64,000 bases of DNA. It comes from an uncultured Alphaproteobacteria bacterium (GTDB lineage Bacteria > Pseudomonadota > Alphaproteobacteria > Rhizobiales > Xanthobacteraceae). The DNA is taken from the NCBI GenBank assembly GCA_963772885.1, contig CAVYZC010000009.1, positions 133,751 to 197,750 of the forward strand, written 5' to 3'. How positions within the stretch are numbered: position 1 is the stretch's first letter; every line of letters starts with the position of its first letter. A program made the position numbers and the translations under genes. This document shows, one piece after another, positions 10,966-23,542 of the stretch. The notes under the pieces were generated by a model. It searched no databases and was not told the origin of the DNA. It was given only the letters and a program-made list of their open reading frames with translations.

Positions 10966-12096
10966 GTGTCGGCACGCTGGAGTGCCTGGCTCCTCGGCTA
11001 TGTGATCCCGTTCCTGTTCGTGCTGACGGTCGTGGTGTTCTTCCACGAGCTCGGCCATTTCTGGGTCGCGCGCCGCTGCGGCGTGAAAATCGACGCGTTC
11101 TCGGTCGGCTTCGGGCCGGAGCTTCTGGGCTGGACCGACCGGCACGGCACGCGCTGGCGGCTGGCGGCCATTCCGCTCGGCGGCTACGTGCGCTTCCACG
11201 GCGACGACAGCGCGGCGAGCACGCCGGACCTCAAGGCGCTCGAAAAAATGGGCGCGGAGGAAAAACGCGTTTCGTTCTATCACAAGCCGGTCGGACAACG
11301 GGCGGCGGTCGTCGCCGCCGGACCGATCGCCAATTTCATCCTCGCGATCGTGATTTTCGCGTCCATGTTCGCACTGTTCGGCAAGCAGGTGACGCCGCCG
11401 CGCGTCGATGCGGTGCAGGCCGGCAGCGCGGCCGAAGTCGCGGGCTTCAAGGGCGGCGATCTGGTGCTGACGATCGACGGCAAGCCGATCGAGAGCTTCG
11501 GCGATATGCAGCGCATCGTCGGCGCCAGCCCCGGACAGGCACTCGCCGTCGTGGTCGAGCGCGCGGGCGCGCAGGTCGCGCTCACCGCGACCCCGCAATT
11601 GCGGGAAATGAAGGACAATTTCGGCAACGTGCTGCGCATCGGCGTGCTCGGCATCTCGCGCTCGCCGAACGCCTCCGAGATCGTGACCCAGCGCTATAAT
11701 CCGCTCGAGGCGGTGCAAATGGGATTCGCCGAGACCTGGTTCGTCGTGGAACGGACGATGACCTACATCGGCAGGATCATCATCGGGCGCGAATCGGCGG
11801 ATCAACTGGGCGGGCCGATCCGCATCGCGCAGGTATCGGGGCAGGTGGCGAGCATCGGCTTCGTGGCGCTGCTGCATCTCACCGCGGTGCTGTCGATCAG
11901 TATCGGGTTGCTGAACCTGTTCCCGGTTCCGCTGCTCGACGGGGGACATCTGTTGTTCTACGGAATCGAGGCGGCGCGCGGACGGCCGCTCAGCGAGCGG
12001 GCGCAGGAAATGGGCTTCCGAATCGGGCTTGCGCTTGTGGCCATGCTCATGATCGTCGCCACCTGGAACGATCTTTTGCATCTGATGGCGCTTTAA
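10966..12096 (+). CDS. rseP: RIP zinc metalloprotease RseP (site-2 protease)
   Basis: Intact 376-aa ORF with the HELGHF (HExxH) motif, a PDZ-like middle region and the NLFPVPLLDGGHLL motif. Confidence 0.93.
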   Translation: MSARWSAWLLGYVIPFLFVLTVVVFFHELGHFWVARRCGVKIDAFSVGFGPELLGWTDRHGTRWRLAAIPLGGYVRFHGDDSAASTPDLKALEKMGAEEKRVSFYHKPVGQRAAVVAAGPIANFILAIVIFASMFALFGKQVTPPRVDAVQAGSAAEVAGFKGGDLVLTIDGKPIESFGDMQRIVGASPGQALAVVVERAGAQVALTATPQLREMKDNFGNVLRIGVLGISRSPNASEIVTQRYNPLEAVQMGFAETWFVVERTMTYIGRIIIGRESADQLGGPIRIAQVSGQVASIGFVALLHLTAVLSISIGLLNLFPVPLLDGGHLLFYGIEAARGRPLSERAQEMGFRIGLALVAMLMIVATWNDLLHLMAL

Positions 12097-12293
12097 GTCC
12101 CGATAAAGCCTTGTTGTTCCCCCAGATTCCGCCCGTGGCCGTGAAGCAACGCGGGCACGAAAAAGCGCTTGGGGGCAAGCGGGGGGCGGTTTGCAAGACC
12201 ATGGAAAGACTGTACAAACGCTCAGAAGCGAGAGAATCCGCGCATTTCCGGTGTGCGGCAACGGCCAAACTTACTCAGGCTCCACGCTAGGTC

Positions 12294-14702
12294 TTGCGGC
12301 AAATGATGGTTCTGTTCGGCGTTAGGGGGAGGCGTGCGGCGCTTTGTGCCGCAATGCTTGCCGGGCTTATGGGGCTGGCCGTCGGCCTGGCCGCGCCCGA
12401 TATCGCCAGCGCCCAGGGTACCGCCGCCATCCAGGTGCAGGGCAACAAGCGCGTCGATGCCGACACGATTCGGGGCTATTTCAATCTCAAACCGGGCGAA
12501 CGCCTGGACGCGGCCAAGATCGACGAGGGCCTGAAGGCACTCTACGCCACCGACATGTTCGAGGATGTCCGCATCAGCCAGGCGGGCGGGCGGGTGATCG
12601 TCACGGTGACGGAGAACCCGGTGATCAACCGGGTCGCGTTCGAGGGCAACCGCAAGGTCAAGGACGAACAGCTGGTCGCCGAGGTTCAGTCGAAGGCGCG
12701 CAGTCCGTTGTCGCGGCCCATGGTGCAGGCCGACGTCCAGCGCATCATCGAGATCTATCGCCGCAGCGGCCGCTTCGACGTGCGCGTCGAGCCGAAAATC
12801 ATCGACCGCCCCAATAGCCGCGTCGATCTCGTGTTCGAGATCAAGGAAGGCGACAAGACGACGGTGCGCAGAATCGTCTTCGTCGGCAACAAGGCGTTCT
12901 CCGACTGGAAGCTCAAGGACGTCATCACCACCGGGCAGACGAACTGGCTGAGCTTCCTCAAGAACAACGACGTCTACGACCCGGACCGGGTGAACGCCGA
13001 CCAGGAACTGCTGCGCCGCTTCTATCTCAAGAACGGCTACGCCGACTTCCGCATCATCTCGGCCACTGCGGTGAACGACCCGGGCGCCGCCGGCTTCGTG
13101 CTCACCTTGACGGTCGAGGAGGGCGACCAGTACCGGTTCGGCACGATCGACGTGCTGTCCAACGTGCGCGCCGTGGATGCCGCGGATGCTGCGCCGTCTC
13201 GCGCGCGGTTCGCCCGGCGCGGTCTATAACGCGGAGCTGGTCGAGAAATCGATGGAGGAAATTTCCATCGAGCTGGCGAAACGCGGCTATGCGTTCTCCC
13301 AGGTGCGTCCGCGCGGCGACCGGGACTTCGCGAACCGGCGGATCAATGTCCTCTACACCGTCGAAGAGGGGCCGCGCGTCTACGTCGAGCGCATCAATAT
13401 CCGCGGCAATACGCGCACCCGCGACTATGTGGTCCGCCGCGAGATCGATCTGTACGAGGGCGACGCCTATAACCGGGCCTTCGTCGATCGCGCCGAGCGG
13501 CGGCTGAAGAACCTCGGCTACTTCAAGACCGTCAAGATCACGAACGAGCCCGGCTCGGCGGCGGACCGGGTGCTCGTCAATGTCGATGTCGAAGAACAGA
13601 TGACCGGTGAATTCTCGATCGCCGGCGGCTATTCGACCTCGGACGGCATCATCGGCGAGGTGTCGGTCGGCGAGCGCAACTTCCTCGGCCGCGGCCAGAT
13701 CGTCCGCCTATCGGGGAGCTATGGCCAGCTCAGCCGCGGCGCCGAGTTCTCGTTCACCGAGCCGTATTTCCTCGGCTACAGCATGTCCGCGGGCTTCGAT
13801 CTGTTCACCAAGGTAACCGACCAGTCGACCTACTACAGCTACAGCAACCGGGTCACCGGCGGTACGCTGCGCGCGGGTTTCTTCCTGCGCGAGGACCTGA
13901 CACTGGGATTGCGGTATTCGCTCTTCCAACGCGACATCTCGATCGCGGGGATAACACCCTCCGCCGCCATCGTGCAGGCTCTGGGGACGGCCGTGACCTC
14001 GTCGGTGGGCTATACGCTGCTCTACAACACCCTCGATAACCCGCAGAATCCGAATGAGGGTGCCTACATCAACTTCAGTCAGGATTTCGCCGGCCTCGGC
14101 GGCGACGCCCAATACATCCGCACCACGATCGACGGCCGCTATTACTATCCCTTGACCAGCGATTTCACCCTGATGCTTCGCGGCCAGGCAGGCAATGTCT
14201 ATGGCTGGGGCAGTACGCCGCTCAATATCTTCGACCATTTCATGAAGGGCCCGGAACTGGTGCGCGGGTTCGCAGACCGCGGGCATCGGACCGCGCGATC
14301 TCAACCCGCTTACGACCCAGGATGCGCTCGGCGGATCGCATCTATTGGGGAGCCACCGTGGAAGTCTTGTTCCCGCTCAGCTTCATCCCGAAGGATTTCG
14401 GATTGCGCGCGGCGGTGTTCGCCGATGCCGGCTCGCTGTGGAATTACCAGGGCGCGACGGTCTTCCCGACCCTCATTTCGGTTCCCGGTTACGCGTGCCC
14501 CAACGGTGGCCCAGTAATGCCGCCGAGCGGTGCGACGGTGGTCTGCTTGGCGGACTCCGGCTTGATCCGCACCTCGGTCGGCGCCAGCCTCATCTGGGCG
14601 TCGCCGTTCGGGCCGCTGCGCTTCGACTATGCCTTCGCGCTCACCAAAGAGCCCTGGGACAAGATGCAGGCCTTCCGCTTCGGGGGCATGGGCAAATTCT
14701 GA
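12294..14702 (+). CDS. bamA: Outer membrane protein assembly factor BamA (apparent indels near 13190 and 14290)
   Basis: Signal peptide plus POTRA repeats ([31 protein letters not shown]). The beta-barrel part spans ORFs 13177.. and 14322..14702 and ends with the aromatic terminus FRFGGMGKF. Confidence 0.92.
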
Positions 14703-14751
14703 CCGAGGTCAGGGGTTCGATGCGCCGCCACGGCGCGGGACCAGTTCGCGC

Positions 14752-15850
14752 ATGACCGTATCCTCGACATTCCGCTCCCGGGAATCGATCACGCTCGGCG
14801 AGATCGTTGCGCTGACCCAGTGCGAGCCCGCCGGCGCGGTCGATCTCGAGCGGCGCATCACCGGCATCGCACCGCTCGACAGCGCCGGCCCATCCGACAT
14901 CGCCTTTTACGACAGCCCGCGCTTCCTCGACGACCTCAAGCGCACCTCCGCCGGGGCGTGCTTCGTCAAGCCCACGCAGATCGCGCATGTGCCGGCCGGC
15001 GTCGCGGTGCTGACCTCCGGCAAGCCCTATCTCTCGCTCGTCGCGGTCACCTGCGAGCTGTTCGGCGGCGCGCTCAGGCCGGGGCCGGTGTTCGGCGGAC
15101 GCGGGGTCGATTCCGGCGCTTACGTCCATCCGGAGGCGCGGCTCGAGGACGACGTGACGGTCGATCCGGGCGCGGTGATCGGTCCGCGCGCGGAGATCGG
15201 CAGCGGCACGGTGATCGGCGCCAATGCCGTCATCGGCGCCGACGTTTGCATCGGGCGGAACTGCTCGATTGGGCCGGGCGCCTCGGTGCTGCATGCCCTG
15301 ATCGGCGACCGGGTGATCCTGCATCCGGGCGCGCGCATCGGGCAGGACGGTTTCGGATTCATTCCGGGCGCCAAGGGGCTCACCAAAGTGCCGCAGGTCG
15401 GACGCGTCATCATCCAGGACGACGTCGAGGTCGGCGCCGGGACGGCCATCGATCGCGGCGTGAACCGCGATACCGTCGTGGGCGAGGCCACCAAGATCGA
15501 CAATCTCGTGCAGATCGGCCACAACGTGACGATCGGGCGGCATTGCATCATCGTCGCCCAGGTGGGAATTTCCGGCTCCGTCACGCTCGGAGAGCGCGTA
15601 CAGCTCGGCGGGCAGGTCGGGATCGCCGACCGGCTGACGATCGGCGACGGCGCCCGGGTCGCGGCGCAAGAGCGGCGTGAAAGACAATATTCCCGCCGGC
15701 GAGACCTGGTATTGGTCGCCGGCGATGCGGGCGCGCGACGCGATGCTGCTGCTGCGGGGGCTCGACGAACTGAAGACCAAGATGGCGGCGGAACTATCGA
15801 TGGCCGGGCAAGAACCGGCCGCAGGAAGTGGCGATGAGCAAACCGGCTGA
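14752..15850 (+). CDS. lpxD: UDP-3-O-acylglucosamine N-acyltransferase LpxD (3' end frame-disrupted; stop position uncertain, 15837 or 15850)
   Basis: Left-handed beta-helix hexapeptide repeats ([50 protein letters not shown]) in ORF 14629... After ~15665 the plausible helical tail [20 protein letters not shown] is in another frame. Confidence 0.88.
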
Positions 15851-16313
15851 ACAGGCGACGATCGCGGCGGAATTTCCGCGGGTTCTCGAGACGGACGATC
15901 TGCTCCGTCTGCTGCCGCATCGCTATCCGTTCCTCATGGTCGACCGCGTGATCGAGATCGACCGCGACCAGTTTTGTATCGGGATCAAGAACGTCACGGT
16001 CAACGAGCCGTTCTTTCCGGGCCATTTTCCCGGCCGGCCGGTGATGCCGGGCGTGCTGTTGCTCGAAGGCATGGCGCAGACCGCGGGCGCGATCTGCGGC
16101 ATGGTCAACAGCCGCGCCAGGCCGCCCTCGGTGCTCCTGCTCACCATCGACAAGGCGAAGTTCCGCCGGCCGGTGCTGCCCGGCCATGTCGTCGAGTACC
16201 ACATGCGGCAAATGACGCGGCGCAAGCGGATGTGGTGGTACCGGGGCGAGGCGAAAGTCGACGGCGAAATCGTCGCCGAGGCCGAGGTCGGCGCCCTGCT
16301 CTCGGAAAGCTGA
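15828..16313 (+). CDS. fabZ: 3-hydroxyacyl-ACP dehydratase FabZ
   Basis: Intact ORF with [14 protein letters not shown] and [25 protein letters not shown]. An alternative ATG start is at 15834. Confidence 0.94.
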   Translation: MAMSKPAEQATIAAEFPRVLETDDLLRLLPHRYPFLMVDRVIEIDRDQFCIGIKNVTVNEPFFPGHFPGRPVMPGVLLLEGMAQTAGAICGMVNSRARPPSVLLLTIDKAKFRRPVLPGHVVEYHMRQMTRRKRMWWYRGEAKVDGEIVAEAEVGALLSES

Positions 16314-16317
16314 GCGC

Positions 16318-17169
16318 GTGGGGCGTATCGATTCCAGTGCACGGGTGGCCGATGGCGCACGCCTCGGCGCCGATGTCGAAATCGGACCCTATAGCATCGT
16401 AGGGCCGAACGTAGAGCTCGGCGACGGCGTCCGGCTGCATCCGCACGTGCATATCGCCGGCCACACCAAGATCGGCCCGCGCACGGTGGTCTATCCGTTC
16501 GCGTCGCTGGGCAGCCCGCCGCAATCGGTGCATTACCACGGCGGGCCGACGCGGCTGGTGATCGGCGCCGATTGCGACATCCGCGAGCACGTGACGATGA
16601 ATACCGGCACCGAGGACGGCGGCATGGAAACGCGCATCGGCGACCGCTGCTCGCTGATGGTCGCCGTCCATATTGCACACGACTGCAAGGTCGGCAGCGA
16701 CGTGACGATGGTGAACAACGTCACGCTCGCGGGGCATTGCGAGGTCGGGGATTTCGCCGTGATCAACGGATTCGCGGCGCTGCATCAATTCGTGCGCGTG
16801 GGGGCGTATACGTTCATCGGCGGGCTCGCCGGGTTGGGCAAGGACCTGGTGCCGTTCGCGACAGCGACGGGCCTGCTCGGCAGCCAGGCGGGAACGAGCT
16901 TGACCCGTGTCGGCCGGTTTCGCGGCGTCAATACGGTCGGCATGCGGCGGCGCGGTTTTTCGCGCGACGCGATCCGCACGGTGCGCACGGCGCTGCAGAC
17001 GCTATTCGCCGATGAGGGAACGATGCGGGAGCGGGCCGGACGGTTGGCCGCCGCGTATCCCGATGACGCCAATGTTAAGACGATCGTCGATTTCATCCGC
17101 TCAGGCGGGAAGCGGCCGTTCCTGATACCGGCGAAGGACGGCGAGGGCGGCGCGGACGACGAGGAATAA
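16318..17169 (+). CDS. lpxA: Acyl-ACP--UDP-N-acetylglucosamine O-acyltransferase LpxA
   Basis: Intact 283-aa ORF with hexapeptide repeats and a C-terminal helical domain, in the canonical position after fabZ. Confidence 0.93.
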   Translation: MGRIDSSARVADGARLGADVEIGPYSIVGPNVELGDGVRLHPHVHIAGHTKIGPRTVVYPFASLGSPPQSVHYHGGPTRLVIGADCDIREHVTMNTGTEDGGMETRIGDRCSLMVAVHIAHDCKVGSDVTMVNNVTLAGHCEVGDFAVINGFAALHQFVRVGAYTFIGGLAGLGKDLVPFATATGLLGSQAGTSLTRVGRFRGVNTVGMRRRGFSRDAIRTVRTALQTLFADEGTMRERAGRLAAAYPDDANVKTIVDFIRSGGKRPFLIPAKDGEGGADDEE

Positions 17170-17214
17170 GATCGAGCCGTGCGTAACCGGCGTTCAATCG
17201 CAGCGGGCAACCGG

Positions 17215-18083
17215 ATGGCTGATGCTGATAGAGAAGGCCCGCTCGCGATCGTCTGCGGCGGCGGTGCTTTTCCGGCGGCGGTCGCCGACGCCGTTCAGCG
17301 GCGCGGACGCCGGGTGCTGCTGCTGGCGTTGCGCGGCTTTGCCGACCCGGAAACGATCGAGCGCTACCCGCATCAATGGATCTATCTCGGTGCGATCGGG
17401 CAGATCATCCGGCGCATGAAGCGGCAGGGCTGCCGCGATCTGGTGTTCGTCGGGACCGTGCACCGGCCGCGCTTGCGCGACATCCGGCTCGACTGGACGA
17501 CGATCCGATGGCTGCCGGCTTACGTTCGCGTCGCGCGGCAGGGAGACAATCATCTGTTGTCCAATATCGCCCGGCTGTTCGACTATTTGGGCATGCGCGT
17601 TCGCGGCATCCAGGAAGTCGCGCCGGAACTTCTCGTGCCGCCCGGCGTGCTCGGCCGCGGCCGGCCGAGCTCCGACGCGGAGGCGGAGATCAAGCTTGGG
17701 CGCAGCGCACTCCAGGCTCTCGGTCCGCTCGACGTCGGCCAGGCAGCCGTGGTGATCGGTGGCCGCGTCATCGCCATCGAGGCGGCGGAAGGGACCGCGG
17801 CCATGCTGGCGCGCGTCGCGGAAATCAGGCGCAGCGGGCGGGTGCATGCGGCTGCGCGTGCCGGCGTATTGGTGAAGGGGCCGAAGCCGGGGCAGGAGCG
17901 CCGGCTCGATCTGCCGGCGATCGGCGTCGATACCGTCAAGCAGGCGGCGGCGGCAGGGCTCGCGGGATCGCGGTCGAGGCCGGCGGCACGATCGCCGCCG
18001 ATGCGAACGCGCTGGTGCGCGCGGCCGACGAGGCCGGGCTATTCCTTCTAGGTTTCGAGCCGGACGTGGAGGCGCGCCGGTGA
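17215..18083 (+). CDS. lpxI: UDP-2,3-diacylglucosamine pyrophosphatase LpxI (DUF1009 family; one apparent indel near 17960)
   Basis: LAIVCGGGAFP, LDVGQAAVVIGGRVIAIEAAEGTAAML and LDLPAIGVDTV. The tail IAVEAGGTIAADANALVRAADEAGLFLLG is in the frame of ORF 17376..18083. Its position between lpxA and lpxB is typical of alphaproteobacteria. Confidence 0.85.
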
Positions 18084-19249
18084 GCCAAGCCGCACGCGGC
18101 GGCGGCAAGCCGCTTGAGGTCTTCATCATTTCGGGTGAAACCTCGGGTGACCTTCTCGGCGCCGGGCTGATGGCGGCGCTCAGCGCCCGCTGCGGCGGGA
18201 ACGTGCGCTTCCGGGGCGTCGGCGGGCCGGCAATGGCGGCCGAGGGTCTTGAGAGCCTGTTCCCGCTGCCGGAGATCGCGATCATCGGCTTCAGCGGGCT
18301 GCTCACGGGCATTCCGAAAATCCTGCGCCGCATCCGCGAGACCGCGGACGCCGCGCTCGCCGCGCGGCCCGACGTGCTCGTGCTCGTCGATGCACCCGAT
18401 TTCACTCACCGGGTGGCGCGGCGGGTGCGCGCGGGCGATCCGGCGATCCCGATCGTCGATTACGTCTCGCCGACGGTGTGGGCGTGGCGGCCGGGGCGGG
18501 CGCGGGCCATGCGCGCCTATGTGGATCGGGTGCTGGCGCTGTTGCCGTTCGAACCCGAGGTGCACCACAAGCTCGGCGGGCCGCCTTGCACCTATGTCGG
18601 TCATCCCGTGATCGAGCGGGCCGCGGCGTTGCGCCCGTCGGACGCGGAACAGCGCAGGCGCATGGCCGATTCGCGGCTCCTGGTGCTGCCCGGCAGCCGC
18701 CGCAAAGAGATCGTGCGGCTGGCCCGGGTGTTCGGCGCGACGCTGGGCCGCGTGGCGGCGCAGGGTCTTCGTTTCGAGGCGATCGTGCCGACGCTGCCGG
18801 CGCTGCGGCCCGAAGTGGAAGCCGCGGCCGCAACTTGGCCGGTTCCGGCGCGGATCGTGACGGATCGCGCGGAGATCGACGAGGCTTTTCGCACGGCGCG
18901 GGCGGCGCTGGCCGCGTCCGGCACCGTCACGCTGGAGCTCGCGGTCGCCGGCGTGCCGACCGTCGTCGCCTACCGGCTTTCGTTCGTCGAGGCGCGGGTC
19001 GGGCAGCTGATGGTGCGGGTACCGAGCATCGTGCTGGCGAACCTGGTGCTCGGTGAAAACGCGATGCCCGAGTTCATCCAGCACCGGGCGACGGCGCGAA
19101 ATCTCGCGGCCGCGCTCGCGCCGCTGCTCGGCGATACGCCGGAGCGGCGGCAGCAGGTCGAAGCGTTCAAGAAACTCGACCAGCTGTTGGACGTGGGCGG
19201 CGAGGCGCCGAGCGCGCGCGCGGCCCGGGCCGTGATCGAGACGCTATGA
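18080..19249 (+). CDS. lpxB: Lipid-A-disaccharide synthase
   Basis: Intact 389-aa ORF with FIISGETSGDLLGAGLM. The GTG start overlaps the lpxI stop (GTGA). Confidence 0.93.
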   Translation: MSQAARGGGKPLEVFIISGETSGDLLGAGLMAALSARCGGNVRFRGVGGPAMAAEGLESLFPLPEIAIIGFSGLLTGIPKILRRIRETADAALAARPDVLVLVDAPDFTHRVARRVRAGDPAIPIVDYVSPTVWAWRPGRARAMRAYVDRVLALLPFEPEVHHKLGGPPCTYVGHPVIERAAALRPSDAEQRRRMADSRLLVLPGSRRKEIVRLARVFGATLGRVAAQGLRFEAIVPTLPALRPEVEAAAATWPVPARIVTDRAEIDEAFRTARAALAASGTVTLELAVAGVPTVVAYRLSFVEARVGQLMVRVPSIVLANLVLGENAMPEFIQHRATARNLAAALAPLLGDTPERRQQVEAFKKLDQLLDVGGEAPSARAARAVIETL

Positions 19250-19255
19250 GACGAA

Positions 19256-19278
19256 AACGGGGCGCCAGGCGCCCCGTT
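19256..19278. terminator. Hairpin between convergent lpxB and gltA (possible bidirectional terminator)
   Basis: aacggggcgcc a ggcgccccgtt, near-perfect 11-bp arms, 7 nt after the lpxB stop and 5 nt before the gltA stop. Confidence 0.55.
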
Positions 19279-19282
19279 CTAG

Positions 19283-20590
<1,308 letters not shown>

Positions 20591-20826
20591 CGCGGTGTTC
20601 CTAGCCGATCGAAACGGGTGGGCGGCTACGCTTGCCGGCGCCCGGATTTCGGGCAGAAATTCGTAGACTGAATGTGGGGCGCGGGCAAGTGCAGTGCAAC
20701 ATGGCTTTGGTAGGCGTCAGCACGGCACACGGGTCCGGCCTCCGGCCGGCCCGAGTGTAAACCTTACGATGGGCATTCAGGTTTTACATCGCCCAAGGCG
20801 AGTCGCCGGGACAAATGTCTGATTCT

Positions 20827-20842
20827 GACCCGAAGCGGACAT
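20827..20842. repeat. Solo copy of the GCGGACAT-core repeat (family D)
   Basis: gacccgaagcggacat matches 23479-23495 (gacccaaagcggacatc) and 24433-24445 (gcgaagcggacat). Confidence 0.55.
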
Positions 20843-20874
20843 TGGCTCTTACAGAGCTCGTTTCCAGGCTCCCC

Positions 20875-22623
20875 TTAGAGGTGAAAGGCGCCGGCAGTGA
20901 GTGGAACGACCAAGCGGGAGCTTGTGAAGATGCGGTTACGCGCGGGCAGGTTCGATTCCTCATGCTGCATGCCTTGCATGGCGAATCCGTCGGTGTCCCG
21001 ACTGGTGAGCAATAGCCGCAGCCGATGACCCCGCCGAAAACAATGCGCGGTCGGCAAGAGCGCGATGTCGAACCACGTCGGTTCTCCCGCCACGAGCGGC
21101 TCGACACGATCATGCGGATGATAGGGTTGGTGCTCGCGCGTGCGCGATGGATCAAGCGCGCGGTGACTGGCGCGCAGCCACCCTTGCGTGAGGTCGGTTG
21201 CAGCGCCGTCGGCCGCAATGTCCTGGAGCTTGAGGATCCAATCGACGTCGGTCGCGGTCGAAGCTGCTTGAAGCCGCAGGACGAGCGGTCCAATCAGCTC
21301 GACCGGGTCGCTCATCGGTTCAGTGTCCCAATGGAGCGTCGGCGGCAGCGCGGGCGCATGGGTTGATTTGGGCAGGTCGAGCGCGGCGGGAAGGTGCAGA
21401 TAGTCGCGCGCGCCCGCCGTGCCTTCGTCCGTCATCAAGCGGCCGTCGCCGCGGAGATGCAGATCCGTGAAACGCGTCTGTGGCAACGGCCAAGTGTCGG
21501 TCGAGCGCCACTCATCGGCGCCTTCGACAAAATACCGGATGGGCGATCCGTCCATGATCCCCGTATCGCGCCCCTTGAGCCAATGGTCGTACCAGGCAAG
21601 CGCCTCGATATGCATGGACTCCCACGGCCATTGAAGCGAGCCGCGCGGCGTCATCGCGACGCGATAGGGAGTTCCCGGCGCGAGGTGCGGGAGCGCCAGG
21701 AACGGTGTGTGCAAATGCACGGCGACATTGCTCCAGTCGCCGCCGAGGAAGACCGGGATGTTGATTTCGCTCATCCGCTCGACGATGTCGCGGTCGCGCC
21801 AATAATCGTCGTAGAGCTGATGCTCCACCATCACGTTCTGATACAGGTCGTCCCACGGATGTTGATCGTAGGCGAAGATCATCGCCCGATTGAGCATGCC
21901 GACAGGGTCGCGTTTGGCGCGGGCGAGCTTTTTATGAATGAACGGAATTTGCAGGAACTTATTGAGGAGGCCGAACCAGCGCGAACGAAAGAAGCTGTCC
22001 GGTTTGCGATTCATGCTGCCGATCGCGTGAAAATATCGGCCGGCGAACCGGCTGCTCGGGATGCCGCCGTGCCACGCGAACTGACGATAGGGATCGATGG
22101 TGCCGGAAAACGGGAAAATCGCCTTGAGATGGGGCGGCCGCGCCAGCGCCGCCTTGAACTGCTGCATGGCGAAGTAGCTGACGCCGATCATGCCGACTTG
22201 GCCGTCGCACCAGGGTTGCGCCGCGATCCATTCGATCAGATCATACAGGTCGTCCTTCTCGCGCGGGCCCATGAACTCGTAGGTGCCGCCGCTGCCCCCG
22301 GTGCCGCGGCAATTGGCGAGAACGTGCACATAGCCGCGCGGAACGAAGAAGTCGGTCTGGCCGGCCTCGATGAATCCGAGCGGCAGGCTCATATGTTGGA
22401 ACTGCCGCGGGTAGGGCGAGATCGCCAGCAGCGCGGGATATTTCCCGTCGCTCCGCGGACGATGCACATCCGCCATCAGTTGGATGCCGTCGCGCATGGG
22501 CGCAGCGACGTTGAGATCGGAGGCGATCTCGAATTGCGGCTCCGACAGAAGGCGATAGGTGCGTCCCGTCGTTTGCACCCCGAACAATTGACGCTCGCCG
22601 CGGCTGGTCCCTGCTGATCTCAT
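20875..22623 (-). CDS. CocE/NonD-family hydrolase (X-Pro dipeptidyl-peptidase S15-like)
   Basis: Intact 582-aa ORF with the alpha/beta-hydrolase N-domain (ANCRGTGGSGGTYEF, WCDGQVGMIGVSYFA) and a long beta-sandwich C-domain. The start overlaps the TetR stop (ATGA). Confidence 0.8.
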   Translation of the reverse strand: MRSAGTSRGERQLFGVQTTGRTYRLLSEPQFEIASDLNVAAPMRDGIQLMADVHRPRSDGKYPALLAISPYPRQFQHMSLPLGFIEAGQTDFFVPRGYVHVLANCRGTGGSGGTYEFMGPREKDDLYDLIEWIAAQPWCDGQVGMIGVSYFAMQQFKAALARPPHLKAIFPFSGTIDPYRQFAWHGGIPSSRFAGRYFHAIGSMNRKPDSFFRSRWFGLLNKFLQIPFIHKKLARAKRDPVGMLNRAMIFAYDQHPWDDLYQNVMVEHQLYDDYWRDRDIVERMSEINIPVFLGGDWSNVAVHLHTPFLALPHLAPGTPYRVAMTPRGSLQWPWESMHIEALAWYDHWLKGRDTGIMDGSPIRYFVEGADEWRSTDTWPLPQTRFTDLHLRGDGRLMTDEGTAGARDYLHLPAALDLPKSTHAPALPPTLHWDTEPMSDPVELIGPLVLRLQAASTATDVDWILKLQDIAADGAATDLTQGWLRASHRALDPSRTREHQPYHPHDRVEPLVAGEPTWFDIALLPTAHCFRRGHRLRLLLTSRDTDGFAMQGMQHEESNLPARNRIFTSSRLVVPLTAGAFHL

Positions 22624-23243
22624 TTTATTTTCCTCCCCTTACGCGGGCGGCTTGCAGCACGCGCCGGTTTGCCGCCTGGGTTTCGCAAGGCGGTGAATGC
22701 CGTGTGCAACGACCGTCCGATGTCCTCGGTCGCAGCCTTCTCGCCGCGCGCGAGATCGAGCACCGCAAGCCCGACACAGAGCGCATGAACCATGGCAGCC
22801 ACGTCGGGATCGGACCGCAGTCCGGCCTGCGCCAGACCGACCGCCAGGCGCTCGCGCACGGACGTGGTCAGCCGGCGAAACAGATCGCGGATCGGGGGCT
22901 CCTCATCGGCCGCCAGAACGAAGCCGAGGAGCATCCGCGTTCGCGCCGACGAGTGCAGTGCCGAGACGAGCTGCCGGATGCGGTCCGGTCGCGTCTCGGA
23001 GGAAGCGGCGCTCAGGGCATCGTATTCGGCGAGCAGCGCCGCGCTGGTTGCTTCGGTCACCGCGGCCAGAAGGTCGGCGCGGGTGGGGAAGTAATAGGTC
23101 AGGTGGCCCTGCGCGACGCCGGCTTGTTTGGCCACCCGCGGTTGCGTCAAGGCATGAGGGCCGCCCGACTGGAGGACTTGCAACGCGGCCGTCAAAATTC
23201 GTTCGCGCGGGGAGATCTTTGCGGCCCGGGTCTTTGTAGGCAT
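22620..23243 (-). CDS. TetR/AcrR-family transcriptional regulator
   Basis: Intact 207-aa ORF with the N-terminal HTH RERILTAALQVLQSGGPHALTQPRVAKQAGVAQGHLTYYFPTRADLL. Confidence 0.9.
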   Translation of the reverse strand: MPTKTRAAKISPRERILTAALQVLQSGGPHALTQPRVAKQAGVAQGHLTYYFPTRADLLAAVTEATSAALLAEYDALSAASSETRPDRIRQLVSALHSSARTRMLLGFVLAADEEPPIRDLFRRLTTSVRERLAVGLAQAGLRSDPDVAAMVHALCVGLAVLDLARGEKAATEDIGRSLHTAFTALRNPGGKPARAASRPRKGRKIK

Positions 23244-23367
23244 ACAAACAAAATAGCTTGGCGGTTAGCGGCGGTCAAGCCGGCTTATGGCCTGTGGATG
23301 CGTCCGCTGCGGACCGACCGCCACGATTTACGACGGCAATCGATCGTGTTGGTCCTGATGCCGGGTT

Positions 23368-23495
23368 GATGTCCGTTCCTGGCACTTCGCGGAAAAGCGA
23401 TCCCGACCGTGGAATGGTCGTTATTGGACTAAGAGCAGACAAAGATCGGCGTCGGCGCGAATTGGCGGTAACACGATTGACCCAAAGCGGACATC
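23368..23495. repeat. Family D inverted-repeat mini-element
   Basis: gatgtccgttcctggcacttcgcg (23368-23391) faces the inverted core gcggacatc (23487-23495). A second copy is at 24372-24445. Confidence 0.55.
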
Positions 23496-23542
23496 GCTAA
23501 AACGATATATGCTAGCCGTACGAGCCATCAAACGGGCGGCCG

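Noticed and set aside
20815-21015. 66-aa ORF starting MSDSDPKRTLA as a small gene next to the hydrolase
   Set aside because: The N-terminus is simply the translation of the family D repeat core (gacccgaagcggacat). The rest overlaps the 3' end of the hydrolase gene on the opposite strand.
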